Under the pieces are notes generated by a model. That model saw only the letters and a program-made list of their open reading frames with translations. It was not told the origin of the DNA and searched no databases. Shown here in pieces: positions 17,168 to 26,658 of a stretch of 64,000 bases of DNA. Positions within the stretch are counted from its first letter, which is position 1, and every line of letters begins with the position of its first letter. The DNA is taken from contig OW818634.1 of assembly GCA_942492765.1 (NCBI GenBank), positions 153,159 to 217,158 of the forward strand, given 5' to 3'. A program made the position numbers and the translations under genes. This DNA comes from an uncultured bacterium (lineage in GTDB: Bacteria > Patescibacteriota > Patescibacteriia > Patescibacteriales > UBA12465).

Positions 17168-17625
17168 ATCTTGTCTCCCGGCTTAATATCATATTTCGCG
17201 CAATAGCCCCCGTTCACTTCCAGGACTTGGTCGGCCGCGCCGGCGCTCTTATAAAAATTCTTAGGATTATTGCCTTCCGGCTCTAGGTTGGCGGCGATAT
17301 TCTTAATAACGCCTTTATCTATAAAAATGATATCGAGCGGAAATTCCATATTGCGCATGACAAAAGTCTTAGAATCGGATTCGGAAAAATCAAACAGCAT
17401 CCCGCATTCAGCGCAAATCGCTTTCCGGCCGCTTAATCCTTGATATTGCTCATTAGGAGTAGAAGCCGTTTCAATAGCTATCTTCTGTTGATTTATCACA
17501 GCGACTCGACCATGATTCCGGCCCTTTCTGACCATTATCGTCGATAAGAGCGCTATTAGGACAGCGATCACTAGGATGATAGCTAGGAGCCAAAAAATAT
17601 GTAATTTTATCCTTGGTGAAGCCAT
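17155..17625 (-). CDS. DUF192 domain protein, N-terminally anchored
   Basis: GLSGRKAICAECGMLFDF....FVMRNMEFPLDIIFID.....I matches the DUF192 core (M.F.....fWMkn..ipLDiiFid). It overlaps the downstream gene by 13 nt. Confidence 0.7.
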   Translation of the reverse strand: MASPRIKLHIFWLLAIILVIAVLIALLSTIMVRKGRNHGRVAVINQQKIAIETASTPNEQYQGLSGRKAICAECGMLFDFSESDSKTFVMRNMEFPLDIIFIDKGVIKNIAANLEPEGNNPKNFYKSAGAADQVLEVNGGYCAKYDIKPGDKIWIR

Positions 17626-17627
17626 AC

Positions 17628-18335
17628 TTATTTTTGAATGAGAGCGTGCTTTTCCTTAACTATTTTAAGAGCATTATTATATTTCTTGACTCGACCTAGA
17701 AAAGGCAATAGCTTATAAGCGAAAGATGGCAGCCAAGAGCTCATCGTCCCGCCCGGAGAGACCGTAAACAGAACTTGAGGCACCCAGACGCCGACATGAC
17801 CCTGTTCCAACATAGTCAGCCAGAGATCCCAATCCTGTAATTTCTTGATCTTTATATCCCAGCCGCTAGCCGGAAAATCGCTGCGCCTGATAAGCGCCAT
17901 AGTATGGATATAGGGGCCGGTCTCAAGCTTATCAGGATTAAAATCTCCGACCTTGAAGAGTTTTCTGCCCCAATTGAAAGACGGATAGGCATAGCTCGCC
18001 TGAGGGTTGCGAATCAAGGCGTCAGCCATGATCTCTAAAGCTTCCGGCTTGAGAATAGCATCGGCATCGCAGAAGAATAAATATTCGCCGCGCGCCTCTT
18101 TCCAGCCGCGATTCCGCGCTGCTGGCGCACCTTGATTAGATTGGGAGATGAATAGGTACTTATTTTCCGTCTCTAGCTTCTTGAAATAATTAGCGAAGAC
18201 CAGATCAACTTGATCATGGCTGCCGTCGTTTACGATAATCACTTCATAATCGCGATAAGTCTGCTTGGCCAGGCTGTCCAAGGTTCTGATTAATTTTTGC
18301 GCTTGGTCATAGACCGGAATGATGATTGAAATCAT
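17628..18335 (-). CDS. glycosyltransferase family 2
   Basis: ISIIIPVYDQAQKLIRTLDSLAKQTYRDYEVIIVNDGS and a DxD motif (FCDADA). Confidence 0.85.
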   Translation of the reverse strand: MISIIIPVYDQAQKLIRTLDSLAKQTYRDYEVIIVNDGSHDQVDLVFANYFKKLETENKYLFISQSNQGAPAARNRGWKEARGEYLFFCDADAILKPEALEIMADALIRNPQASYAYPSFNWGRKLFKVGDFNPDKLETGPYIHTMALIRRSDFPASGWDIKIKKLQDWDLWLTMLEQGHVGVWVPQVLFTVSPGGTMSSWLPSFAYKLLPFLGRVKKYNNALKIVKEKHALIQK

Positions 18336-19432
18336 AGGATATTATCTTTAATCTGCCGGCTCAGCTTTTCGGCGAGCGCCGGCCAATTGAATTCATTAAG
18401 AGCTCTCTCTTTTCCTTGCCGGCCTAATTTTTCACGTAAAACCGGATCAGCTGCTAATTTTAATATCGCCCCTCTGATGCTATTTTCATCTTCAGAGTCG
18501 GCTATCAAACCATTATAGCCATCGCGGACCGCATCCCGGACTCCGCCCGCCGCGCCGGCGATGACTGGCTTGCCGCAAAGATTAGCTTCCAGATAAACGA
18601 TGCCGAAGCCTTCATAGTCTCCTCTGATATCGCGCGCTGGCATGATAAAGATATCGCAAAGATCAAGCCAGGCCCATTTCTCATCTTCGTCCAACTCGCC
18701 CAAAAAGATAATCTTGTCCTTGAGCTTAGCCGGAACCATAGCCTTAAGGTATGCTTCTTCCGGTCCAGCCCCAGCTATGAAATAGCTCAGCTTACCTAAA
18801 ACTTCATCAGGCAGGCCGCTTAAAGCAGCGATGGTCTTATCAACCCCTTTGCGCTTGACCAGGCGCCCTAAGGTAAATAAGGTTATCTGCTCATTACTCC
18901 CTAAGCCGTAATTGATCTTAATAGAATCCTTAAGTTCTGAGCGCGGCTGCGCGTCATCTTTCAAGATGCCAGGATTAGCGATCAAGGTCTTAGCGCTGCC
19001 AGCCGGATAATATTTATCAAGCTGCGCTTTGACATAACTATTGGCGCAAATGATCCTATCAGCTCTCCGGATTATCAATGAGGATAAGAATCTCTTGAGC
19101 GGCTTCCTCAGCGAATAGCTTAGGTCCATCCCATGAAAAAAGATCGCGTATTTGCAGGGGCGGAAAAACGATAAGAGCAATGCGACGGTTCCGAGCGGTA
19201 AAACTTGGCCGACAAGGAGATAATCAGCCCCTTCTCTCTTCATCGTGGCGGCAATCGCGCGGAAAGCGCGACGCCAAGGCCAAAAACCCCTTTCAGCCAA
19301 AAGTTGGCCATCGTTATTAGACAAGACTGCCAAGCGGCCAGAACTCGGCCATGAAGCGGCCAGATGGCCATAATAATTGGCAACGCCGCCTTTGAACGGA
19401 GGAAATTCGATTGTGGCCAATAAGATATTCAT
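18332..19432 (-). CDS. glycosyltransferase family 4 (GT-B)
   Basis: C-terminal EX7E region (EGFGIVYLEANLCGKPVIA). There is a 4-nt overlap with the GT2 gene. Confidence 0.85.
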   Translation of the reverse strand: MNILLATIEFPPFKGGVANYYGHLAASWPSSGRLAVLSNNDGQLLAERGFWPWRRAFRAIAATMKREGADYLLVGQVLPLGTVALLLSFFRPCKYAIFFHGMDLSYSLRKPLKRFLSSLIIRRADRIICANSYVKAQLDKYYPAGSAKTLIANPGILKDDAQPRSELKDSIKINYGLGSNEQITLFTLGRLVKRKGVDKTIAALSGLPDEVLGKLSYFIAGAGPEEAYLKAMVPAKLKDKIIFLGELDEDEKWAWLDLCDIFIMPARDIRGDYEGFGIVYLEANLCGKPVIAGAAGGVRDAVRDGYNGLIADSEDENSIRGAILKLAADPVLREKLGRQGKERALNEFNWPALAEKLSRQIKDNIL

Positions 19433-19434
19433 AA

Positions 19435-20913
19435 TTAGATATTCGTTTCAATAGCAGGCGCTGCCTGAAAATCTTCCTTATTGCGCTTAAAGGATCTGGC
19501 AACGCTCTTGATGTCCTCCTGGCTGAAACCGCCGAAGAGATATAGGCTGCCAAAATAAACTAAACCGCCCAAAATCGTGATAATAAAAATATTAAGATAA
19601 CTCTTCCCGATCATGATTATAAGTCCCATGACAAGAGAGGCGGCCATGACCTTAAGGAATGTCTTCAGGTTCTTGCGCAGGCGATAGGCGACTATCTTCT
19701 TGACAGAAACAACGCCGAGGACGAACATTAGAAAATTAGTAACTAGAACCGTAATACTGGCTCCGGCCGCCTGCCAATAAGGAATCAGCGCCAGATTCAT
19801 CAAGACGCTGGCCGTCGCGACTATCGCCATATTGCGGGTATTCTTTCGCTGCGCGTCGCAGGCGTTCAGAAGTGAGCCGATCGGAAAATTCAAAAAGATG
19901 AACAGTAAGGAGACGATAGATATCTGCAGCGGCAGGATCGCGCCGTCATAGCCAGTCTTAAATAACAGGATGATTTTATTAGCCAAGACGATAGCGCCGA
20001 CGATGATCGGCAGAGAGATGATGATCAAATAATTCATCGCTCGTTCAAAAGAAACTAGGAGCTGATCGCGATTGCCGTGCCAATAAGCGCTCATCGCCGG
20101 ATAGAGCGAGGCGGTAAAAGCGGATGGCAGGAATTGGAGGGCAAAGATTATCTTGAAGGCGACCTGATAGAGTCCGACCTGCGCATCGCCGGCCAGAACC
20201 GACAAGAGAACCGAATCCAAATAAGTATATAATCTCTGCAGGATAGCATAAGCCGCGAATGGCCAGCTGATCATAATGATTTCTCTGATGAGCGGCTTCT
20301 CATACAAAGCGCGGACAGCTAGTTTTAAGCGCTTCCTGACGATTATAAGAGAATAACTGAAATTAAAAACGCTAGCTAAAGCGAGCGCCGCCATCGCCGG
20401 AATCAAGCCGCCGCCTAGAAGCAAGGAGGCATAGCCGACAGTCAAGACTATAAGCTGAAAGACGACGGAAGAGATGCTCTCATATTTTAAGTTATGGAAG
20501 CCTCGGACTGCGCCGAAGAAAGTGGTCGTAAAAGAATCAAGAACCATCGAGATAGCTGAAATATAAACTAAAGTCTTAGTGAGCGAGTCATAGCCTAGCA
20601 CATTTATCAATATAAAAACCGCAGCCAGAGCTAACCCGGCGAGCGGTATTTTCAAAGACACGATATTGCCAAGCCAGCGCTCAGCCTTACCCTGGTCCTT
20701 AGCCACTTCCCTAGTCAAGACGTTAGTAAAGCCCAAATCTATGAAAATGGCGAAAATCGTCGTAAAAGATATGGCTAAATAGTATTTGCCTAAGCTGGCC
20801 GGACCGACATAACGAGCCAAAAGCGTAAAGTAAGTGAAGGATATTATTTTCTGCAGGATCAGCGCCAGAGTCAAATATGAGGTATTTTTAGCGATATTTT
20901 CCACTTTAGTCAT
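19435..20913 (-). CDS. polysaccharide flippase (MOP/Wzx family)
   Basis: 492 aa, about 14 TM. N-terminus KNTSYLTLALILQKIISFTYFTLLARYVGPASLGKYY is typical of polysaccharide-biosynthesis (Wzx-type) transporters. Confidence 0.8.
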   Translation of the reverse strand: MTKVENIAKNTSYLTLALILQKIISFTYFTLLARYVGPASLGKYYLAISFTTIFAIFIDLGFTNVLTREVAKDQGKAERWLGNIVSLKIPLAGLALAAVFILINVLGYDSLTKTLVYISAISMVLDSFTTTFFGAVRGFHNLKYESISSVVFQLIVLTVGYASLLLGGGLIPAMAALALASVFNFSYSLIIVRKRLKLAVRALYEKPLIREIIMISWPFAAYAILQRLYTYLDSVLLSVLAGDAQVGLYQVAFKIIFALQFLPSAFTASLYPAMSAYWHGNRDQLLVSFERAMNYLIIISLPIIVGAIVLANKIILLFKTGYDGAILPLQISIVSLLFIFLNFPIGSLLNACDAQRKNTRNMAIVATASVLMNLALIPYWQAAGASITVLVTNFLMFVLGVVSVKKIVAYRLRKNLKTFLKVMAASLVMGLIIMIGKSYLNIFIITILGGLVYFGSLYLFGGFSQEDIKSVARSFKRNKEDFQAAPAIETNI

Positions 20914-21049
20914 AAATTATGCGAGTATTTTCATAAATCAGCCTCGGGTCTTGATTAAATCTAGAAGTTATGATAACATAATATTACATAAAAATAAATA
21001 TAATAATAGTTCAAATTTTATTGATTTTAAATAAAATTTTTTTATTTGT

Positions 21050-21385
21050 ATGAAAAATAATATCCATCCTAAGTACTACCCGGATTGCAAGGTGACTTGC
21101 GTCTGCGGCAACACCTTCTTGACCGGCTCTACCGAACCGGAGATTAAGGTTGAACTTTGTTCCGCTTGCCATCCTTTCTACACTGGCAAACAGAAATTAG
21201 TCGATACCGCCCGCCGGGTCGAGAAATTCGTGGCTAAAGCTAGCGCTAAGGAAGCAGCTGGCAAGGACAAGAAAGGCAAGAAGGTCAAACGGGCCGCTCG
21301 CGCCGTCGCCAAGGCTAAGAAAGAAGTCGTCGTCAAGACGAAGGATTTCAAGAGAATCACCCAGGTCAAATTAAACAAGAAATAA
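21050..21385 (+). CDS. rpmE: 50S ribosomal protein L31 with Lys/Ala-rich C-terminal extension
   Basis: [10 protein letters not shown]...CVCGN...[13 protein letters not shown] is the L31 core with the Zn-ribbon cysteines. An additional tail of about 45 aa reads [31 protein letters not shown]... Confidence 0.9.
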   Translation: MKNNIHPKYYPDCKVTCVCGNTFLTGSTEPEIKVELCSACHPFYTGKQKLVDTARRVEKFVAKASAKEAAGKDKKGKKVKRAARAVAKAKKEVVVKTKDFKRITQVKLNKK

Positions 21386-21471
21386 CTTCTATAAAAAGCA
21401 ATCAGCTTTAATTCTTTTAGCTATCCATGCTAAAATAGTTATATAAGCTGATTGTTTTTTATTACTGGCAT

Positions 21472-22518
21472 ATGTACGAAGATATCAAAGGGCGTTTCCA
21501 AGCTCTAGAAGAAAAATTAATGGATCCCGCTGTCATGGGCGATTCCAAAGAGATGGTCAAAATCTCTCAAGAGCACGCCGGCTTAAAGAAAGCCGTAGCG
21601 CTGATTTTAGAATTGGAAAAAGTTTCCGAACATATCCGGCAGAATACTGAAATAATCGAGAACGAGAAGGATGCTGATTTCAAGGCGATGGCTCTCGAAG
21701 AGATGGCTGGACTGAAAGAACGGGAAGAAAAGCTGAAAGAAGACTTAGAAGAAGAGATCCACCCAGCCAGCCCGAATGATAAGAAGAACGCCATCATCGA
21801 GATCCGGGCCGGAACCGGCGGCGATGAGGCCGCTTTATTCGCTGGCGACCTTTTCCGCATGTATTCCCGCTTCTGCGAACGTCGCGGCCTAAAACTGAGC
21901 CTGATCGAATCCAGCGTCATCGGCATCGGCGGTTTTAAGGAAGTCATCTTCGAAGTCAAAGGCGAAGGCGCTTATGGATTACTGAAATTCGAAGCTGGAA
22001 CCCATCGCGTCCAGCGCGTTCCAGAAACAGAAAAACAAGGACGCGTTCATACTTCTACGGCCACTGTCGTCGTTCTTCCAGAAGCGGAAGAGGTCGATGT
22101 TGAAATCAAGCCTAATGATATCAGAATAGATACTTTCTGCTCCAGCGGACCGGGCGGACAATGCGTCAATACGACTTATTCCGCTATCCGCATCGTCCAC
22201 ATTCCAACCGGCATCACGGTTTCCTGCCAAGATCAGAAATCACAGCATCAAAATAAGGAAAAAGCCTTACAGGTCTTACGCTCCCGTCTATTGGCAAAAC
22301 AAGAAGACGAGAAGCGCGCGGCCGAATCCAGCGCCCGCCAGACCCAAATCGGCGGCGGCGACCGCAGCGACAAGGTCAGAACCTATAATTTCCCTCAGGA
22401 TCGCGTTACTGACCATCGCATCAACATGTCTTGGCATAGCATTCCGCGTATCATTGACGGCGATATTGAAGAAATCATCAAGGAACTTAAAAAAGCGGCT
22501 AAGTCAGAACTGAAATAA
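21472..22518 (+). CDS. prfA: peptide chain release factor 1
   Basis: GGQ motif ([11 protein letters not shown]), RF1-type P-x-T tripeptide region ([14 protein letters not shown]), full length. Confidence 0.95.
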   Translation: MYEDIKGRFQALEEKLMDPAVMGDSKEMVKISQEHAGLKKAVALILELEKVSEHIRQNTEIIENEKDADFKAMALEEMAGLKEREEKLKEDLEEEIHPASPNDKKNAIIEIRAGTGGDEAALFAGDLFRMYSRFCERRGLKLSLIESSVIGIGGFKEVIFEVKGEGAYGLLKFEAGTHRVQRVPETEKQGRVHTSTATVVVLPEAEEVDVEIKPNDIRIDTFCSSGPGGQCVNTTYSAIRIVHIPTGITVSCQDQKSQHQNKEKALQVLRSRLLAKQEDEKRAAESSARQTQIGGGDRSDKVRTYNFPQDRVTDHRINMSWHSIPRIIDGDIEEIIKELKKAAKSELK

Positions 22519-22519
22519 T

Positions 22520-23374
22520 ATGGACATAAGGGATATTTACAAGACCTCTTCCCTGCCGCCCCTAGAAATAGAAATGCTCCTGGCGCATCTCTTAAAAAAG
22601 AGCCGAGAGTTTTTGTTAACTCACCCAGAGCTTAAGATAGGCCAAGCGGCTCTTAATAATTTTAAGAAGCTTGAGGCTAAACGCCTCCTGAACTGGCCGA
22701 TTGCTTATCTGACCGGCGTTAAAGAATTCTATGGCTTTGATTTTATGGTTTCTCCAGCCGTTCTAACCCCTCGGCCGGAAACCGAAAAGATTGTCGAAGA
22801 CATGGTTAATATTGCCAAAGCCTCGCCCCTGAGACCGCTGATCATCGATATCGGCACCGGTTCTGGAGCCATTATCATCTCCGTTGCTAAAGAGCTGAAA
22901 AAATTAGCGCCAGGAGCTTACCGGCGCGCGGAATTCTTAGCCGCTGATATTTCCGAGAAAGCCCTGAAGGTAGCTGCTCAGAACGCCAATAAACATAGGC
23001 TTAATGATAAGATAAGTTTCCATAAAGGCGACCTGCTAGCTCCGCTCAAGCTTGATAAACGCGATTTGAAGGACTATGAACTGATAATGGCGGCTAATCT
23101 TCCCTATCTGACCAAGGCGCAGATAAAAAAATCTCCAAGCATCAGCCGCGAGCCCCTCTTGGCTTTAGACGGCGGGCCCGACGGCTTGAAATATTACCGC
23201 AGATTATTTAAACAATTAGCCGCTTTGAAAAATGTCGGCAATATCAGGCTAATCTGCGAAATCGACGATTCACAAGCAAAAAAGATTAAAGAGCTGTCAG
23301 AACAATATTTTCCAGCCGCTAAAGAAAAGATAATCTATGATTTGTCCGGCCAGAAAAGATTCTTAAGCTTCTAG
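22520..23374 (+). CDS. prmC: release-factor glutamine N5-methyltransferase
   Basis: It starts 2 nt after the prfA stop. SAM motif IDIGTGSGAI is present. The substrate motif reads NLPY where NPPY is usual. Confidence 0.85.
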   Translation: MDIRDIYKTSSLPPLEIEMLLAHLLKKSREFLLTHPELKIGQAALNNFKKLEAKRLLNWPIAYLTGVKEFYGFDFMVSPAVLTPRPETEKIVEDMVNIAKASPLRPLIIDIGTGSGAIIISVAKELKKLAPGAYRRAEFLAADISEKALKVAAQNANKHRLNDKISFHKGDLLAPLKLDKRDLKDYELIMAANLPYLTKAQIKKSPSISREPLLALDGGPDGLKYYRRLFKQLAALKNVGNIRLICEIDDSQAKKIKELSEQYFPAAKEKIIYDLSGQKRFLSF

Positions 23375-23389
23375 TGTCCAGAGATACAA

Positions 23390-23422
23390 AAAAACTCGTG
23401 ACTTTAATCGCGAGTTTTTTAT
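23390..23422. terminator. bidirectional rho-independent terminator
   Basis: Stem ACTCGTG/CGCGAGT (23394-23400 / 23409-23415), flanked by an A-run and a T-run. It lies between the convergent prmC (+) and 23448 (-) genes. Confidence 0.65.
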
Positions 23423-23447
23423 TTTATCTATTTGTAGCTTGAGGAAA

Positions 23448-23861
23448 CTAATATTTCGTAATGATATCCGCGTCGCTGTTGATTATCTTATAAGCCGTGA
23501 TCTTGCCCGTACTATTCCTTTCCAAAACCTGGACCTTGGTGCTAATAGCCAACCCCTTCTGGATCTTCTCTTCATCGGTCATCAGTTCTAAGCTTAACGG
23601 CTGTTCCTCCTCTAATCCCAAAAACCGATATGAAGCCACTTTACCAGCCGCATCCCTTGAAACCACTTCAAGCTGCAGACGCTTATTAAACCCCAAAGCG
23701 ATCTTCTCGTCGTCAGTCATCATCACTGGCGCCGCGGCTGAGGCTGAAGATCCGTCCTGACTGCCGGCTGGAGCGTAGAAATATCTGACCAGATAGACTG
23801 CCAAGGCGATGATGGAGAGGGCTGCCGCTATGATAAGTAATATCTTGATAATTCTGTTCAT
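23448..23861 (-). CDS. N-terminally anchored protein with two copies of an approx 40-aa MT.EEK...V.V.ER...G....Y repeat
   Basis: One TM helix (IIKILLIIAAALSIIALAVYLV), then the repeats MMTDDEKIALGFNKRLQLEVVSRDAAGKVASYRF and LMTDEEKIQKGLAISTKVQVLERNSTGKITAYKI. Confidence 0.6.
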   Translation of the reverse strand: MNRIIKILLIIAAALSIIALAVYLVRYFYAPAGSQDGSSASAAAPVMMTDDEKIALGFNKRLQLEVVSRDAAGKVASYRFLGLEEEQPLSLELMTDEEKIQKGLAISTKVQVLERNSTGKITAYKIINSDADIITKY

Positions 23862-23876
23862 ATTTTTATTTCTTAA

Positions 23877-24167
23877 TTACTTGATTATCCTATAGACGGT
23901 CGGAGTGCCGCTCGCGTTTCTTTCTACTACCTCGACATTGAGATCTGAGCTGACATGAAGTAGGTTCTTCTCTTCAACGGTCATGACAGACGGATCTATC
24001 AGAGTCGAACTGGCGACATAGACTATCGGCGCTTTTCTCGCCGCTTGCTTAGCATCTGCCTGGCTCCCCTGCTTGAAGCTTATCTTTCCAGAAAGGAGAA
24101 GATAGGCGGCGAAAGCTGCCAAGATAACCAACAGGCCGAGACTTAGATATTTAAGATTTTTTTTCAT
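23877..24167 (-). CDS. N-terminally anchored paralog with one copy of the same repeat
   Basis: TM helix LSLGLLVILAAFAAYLLL, then VMTVEEKNLLHVSSDLNVEVVERNASGTPTVYRIIK. Confidence 0.6.
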   Translation of the reverse strand: MKKNLKYLSLGLLVILAAFAAYLLLSGKISFKQGSQADAKQAARKAPIVYVASSTLIDPSVMTVEEKNLLHVSSDLNVEVVERNASGTPTVYRIIK

Positions 24168-24182
24168 ATGAATGAATGATAA

Positions 24183-25301
24183 TTATTGGATAGCCGTCAT
24201 ATTTATACATTCAGTGCCGGTCCAGAAACAGCACGGACTAGATAGGCACAAGCTCTGCTTATTATTCATGGCGCAATCAACATTTAGGCAATCCTCGCAA
24301 GCACCGCAATCTCCCGGGCAAGAATAACAGTCTTCTGAGCCGTTGCAGCTATAATCGCCGCAATATGCCGGGCAGACACCGCAATCAGCCACACAAGTCG
24401 AACATGACTCGCCATAGCCAGACGCGCAGATGCCGTCACCGCAAGGAGCGTGAGTTGAACAATAGCCCCAGGAAGCAGTCGATGCGCCCACGAGATCATA
24501 AGTAGAGCCATTATACGTGAATGGAATAGAAACGGCCGTATTAGCCGGAGTAAAGACGGTTTCTCCCCAACCATAAGAACTTCTAGTGTGCAAGTGGGAA
24601 TAAACGCAAGTATTAGCGGCATAGTTATAAACTCCTTCGCAATCCGCCCATGCGACACCAGGAGAATTCCGCCTGTAGCCCGTAGTGCATGGCTCGCCAT
24701 CATATATATAACTAGTTGCTCCGACCAAGGTAACCTTTTCGCAATATCTCATTGATGAAAACAACGCGCAACCGCTTTCTATATCAGTGACCCCGGCCTG
24801 ATTAGCCTGTAGAGTATGTGATCCATTAACTCCGTCATTAGCAGAAAAAGTGCAACTCGGATAACCGCCGCCGCAAATCCTATCAGTTTCATAAACATTA
24901 CCTATATAAATTCCTGTCGGACGATATCTGCCGCAGGTTCCGCAATCTCCAGGACAAGCAGAACAGGTTTCACTATTATTACAAATCTCATCGCCACAAA
25001 ACAGGCAAATAGACAGCCCGGAAGGAAGGTTAGCTTTGACACTATTTAATTCGCCTGGATTTTTAGTAGGAATAAAGTAGTCATTCGCCGATAGGTTAGT
25101 GAAACAAGTCGAGGCGTATCCGCTAGAGGAAACTATATTATTTACCGTGCCGCGGACGACTGTATAGCCGCCGCTAGGGGTGTTTAACTGACTATGAACT
25201 AATAACGGAATAAAAAATAAAAAAACCAGAAATAATAAACTTAAGAGTTTATGACGTTTGAAAAATGATTTCATACTTTTTAAAAAATGAAAAATAATCA
25301 T
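24183..25301 (-). CDS. secreted cysteine-rich protein with CGD..C....E.C..CP.DCG.C repeats
   Basis: Signal peptide present (start may be MKSFFKRHKLL at 25274). There are three copies of the Cys motif (CGDEICNNSETCSACPGDCGTCG; CGDGICASGYGESCSTCVADCGVC; CGDYSCNGSEDCYSCPGDCGAC) and a Cys-rich C-terminus. Confidence 0.65.
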   Translation of the reverse strand: MIIFHFLKSMKSFFKRHKLLSLLFLVFLFFIPLLVHSQLNTPSGGYTVVRGTVNNIVSSSGYASTCFTNLSANDYFIPTKNPGELNSVKANLPSGLSICLFCGDEICNNSETCSACPGDCGTCGRYRPTGIYIGNVYETDRICGGGYPSCTFSANDGVNGSHTLQANQAGVTDIESGCALFSSMRYCEKVTLVGATSYIYDGEPCTTGYRRNSPGVAWADCEGVYNYAANTCVYSHLHTRSSYGWGETVFTPANTAVSIPFTYNGSTYDLVGASTASWGYCSTHAPCGDGICASGYGESCSTCVADCGVCPAYCGDYSCNGSEDCYSCPGDCGACEDCLNVDCAMNNKQSLCLSSPCCFWTGTECINMTAIQ

Positions 25302-25365
25302 ATTTTTTAAATTAACTCTATTAAAATCATAACATAAAAGCTATTTAGCGGCAATATCTTAGAAC

Positions 25366-25400
25366 AATAAAAAAGGAGTGTCTGGGTAGACACTCCTGCT
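25366..25400 (-). terminator. rho-independent terminator
   Basis: Stem AGGAGTGTC/GACACTCCT (25374-25382 / 25389-25397) with a T-run on the minus strand, 20 nt after the 25419 stop. Confidence 0.7.
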
Positions 25401-25418
25401 AAAAATTAATATTCTCGA

Positions 25419-26489
25419 TTAATCTGAGATTAATCTGACACTGAAACCGCATTTTTGCGGATAAATAGCCCCTACTCCGACAAAAGAATAATTATAAGAT
25501 GCTACGAATCCTGTCGCTGCTCCCGGCCCAAAAAGCTCTGATGACCAAAAAGCTGTACCTTCGTGTAAATTCATAAACTCAATTTCCCCCGTGGCAATGG
25601 TGGGGGCGATAGCCCCGCTCGGCAGCGCTGTAAAACCACTGCTATTGGTAGCTACAATTACGCTACTAGTCCGCGGATCAATGCCTGTTAGCGGTTTCCA
25701 ATGGAGGGAGCCGGTTTCCAATAACTTATACATAGCATCCACTTGTGCTAAAGGATTTGCCGGATCTTTAATAGCGTCCACCAAGCTCCACCATTCAGAA
25801 ACAGTCGGCACATGCCAGCCGTCAATCAAGACTTTGTCATTGTTAGCGCCGACATACCAATTGTAGAGCGCGCCATAGACCTTCCCGTTTTTAGGATCAT
25901 TATCATACCAACAATAAGCGCCGGTAGTTAATTGACCCCAAGCCTCTGGATTAGTGATGTGAGAAATCGATTCCCCATTAGCATAATGAGTGGCTCTCAG
26001 GTTTTCTCGGAGCCAGGTCTGGGTACCGATAGTAACTGTGTGGTATAGATTACCATCACAGTCAGAGACGGCATAGGTCTCGAAGGTTGATTCCAAAGTA
26101 GTGACGTCGCCACCGGCGTTTGAGGCCTTAGCTCGGAAGCTATACTTGGTATTAGCTGTCAGGCCGGTGAGCTTGAGCGTGACTGCAATAGAATCCTGGC
26201 CAGTATAATCTAGGGGCAAAGGCATAACTTGCCAATTCCAGGAAGCAGCGATTCTGTACTCAAACGAGACGGTTGTCCCCTTCTCGTATGGTACTAGCTT
26301 GGCCACTAGCGTGGCCGAATCAATGCCTACCCTTTCAGCTGGTTTTATGACAATGGCTGGCTTCAGGGCAATATCTTCTTCATCATCGCATTTGGAGCAA
26401 GAGAAGAGAGATATGGCAGTCACAAAAATCATAGCGATGGCGAAAACCCGATGGGTTCTCAAGCCGTCAGGTTTACGGTTTGTTTTCAC
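25419..26489 (-). CDS. lipoprotein with Fn3-like domain and FISUMP (Fibrobacter succinogenes major paralogous, TIGR02145-type) domain
   Basis: Lipobox AISLFSC. DGNLYHTVTIGTQTWLRENL, GALYNW and GWHVPTVSEWWSL are the hallmark FISUMP motifs. Confidence 0.8.
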   Translation of the reverse strand: MKTNRKPDGLRTHRVFAIAMIFVTAISLFSCSKCDDEEDIALKPAIVIKPAERVGIDSATLVAKLVPYEKGTTVSFEYRIAASWNWQVMPLPLDYTGQDSIAVTLKLTGLTANTKYSFRAKASNAGGDVTTLESTFETYAVSDCDGNLYHTVTIGTQTWLRENLRATHYANGESISHITNPEAWGQLTTGAYCWYDNDPKNGKVYGALYNWYVGANNDKVLIDGWHVPTVSEWWSLVDAIKDPANPLAQVDAMYKLLETGSLHWKPLTGIDPRTSSVIVATNSSGFTALPSGAIAPTIATGEIEFMNLHEGTAFWSSELFGPGAATGFVASYNYSFVGVGAIYPQKCGFSVRLISD

Positions 26490-26605
26490 GATTTATATTG
26501 GTTTTAGTTGTTTACTTATTAAAGTACCTTTAACCTATTTTTAACTAATATAGGCTAATGATATTATACTATTAAATCTTGTTTCTGTCAATAATAGCGA
26601 GGCTA

Positions 26606-26636
26606 ACAAAAAAACAGATCTTGAAGAGGGATCTGT
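26606..26636 (-). terminator. rho-independent terminator (rplY)
   Basis: Stem ACAGATC/GATCTGT (26614-26620 / 26630-26636) with T-runs on both strands. Confidence 0.65.
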
Positions 26637-26658
26637 TTTTTATTGGAATTATTTATCT

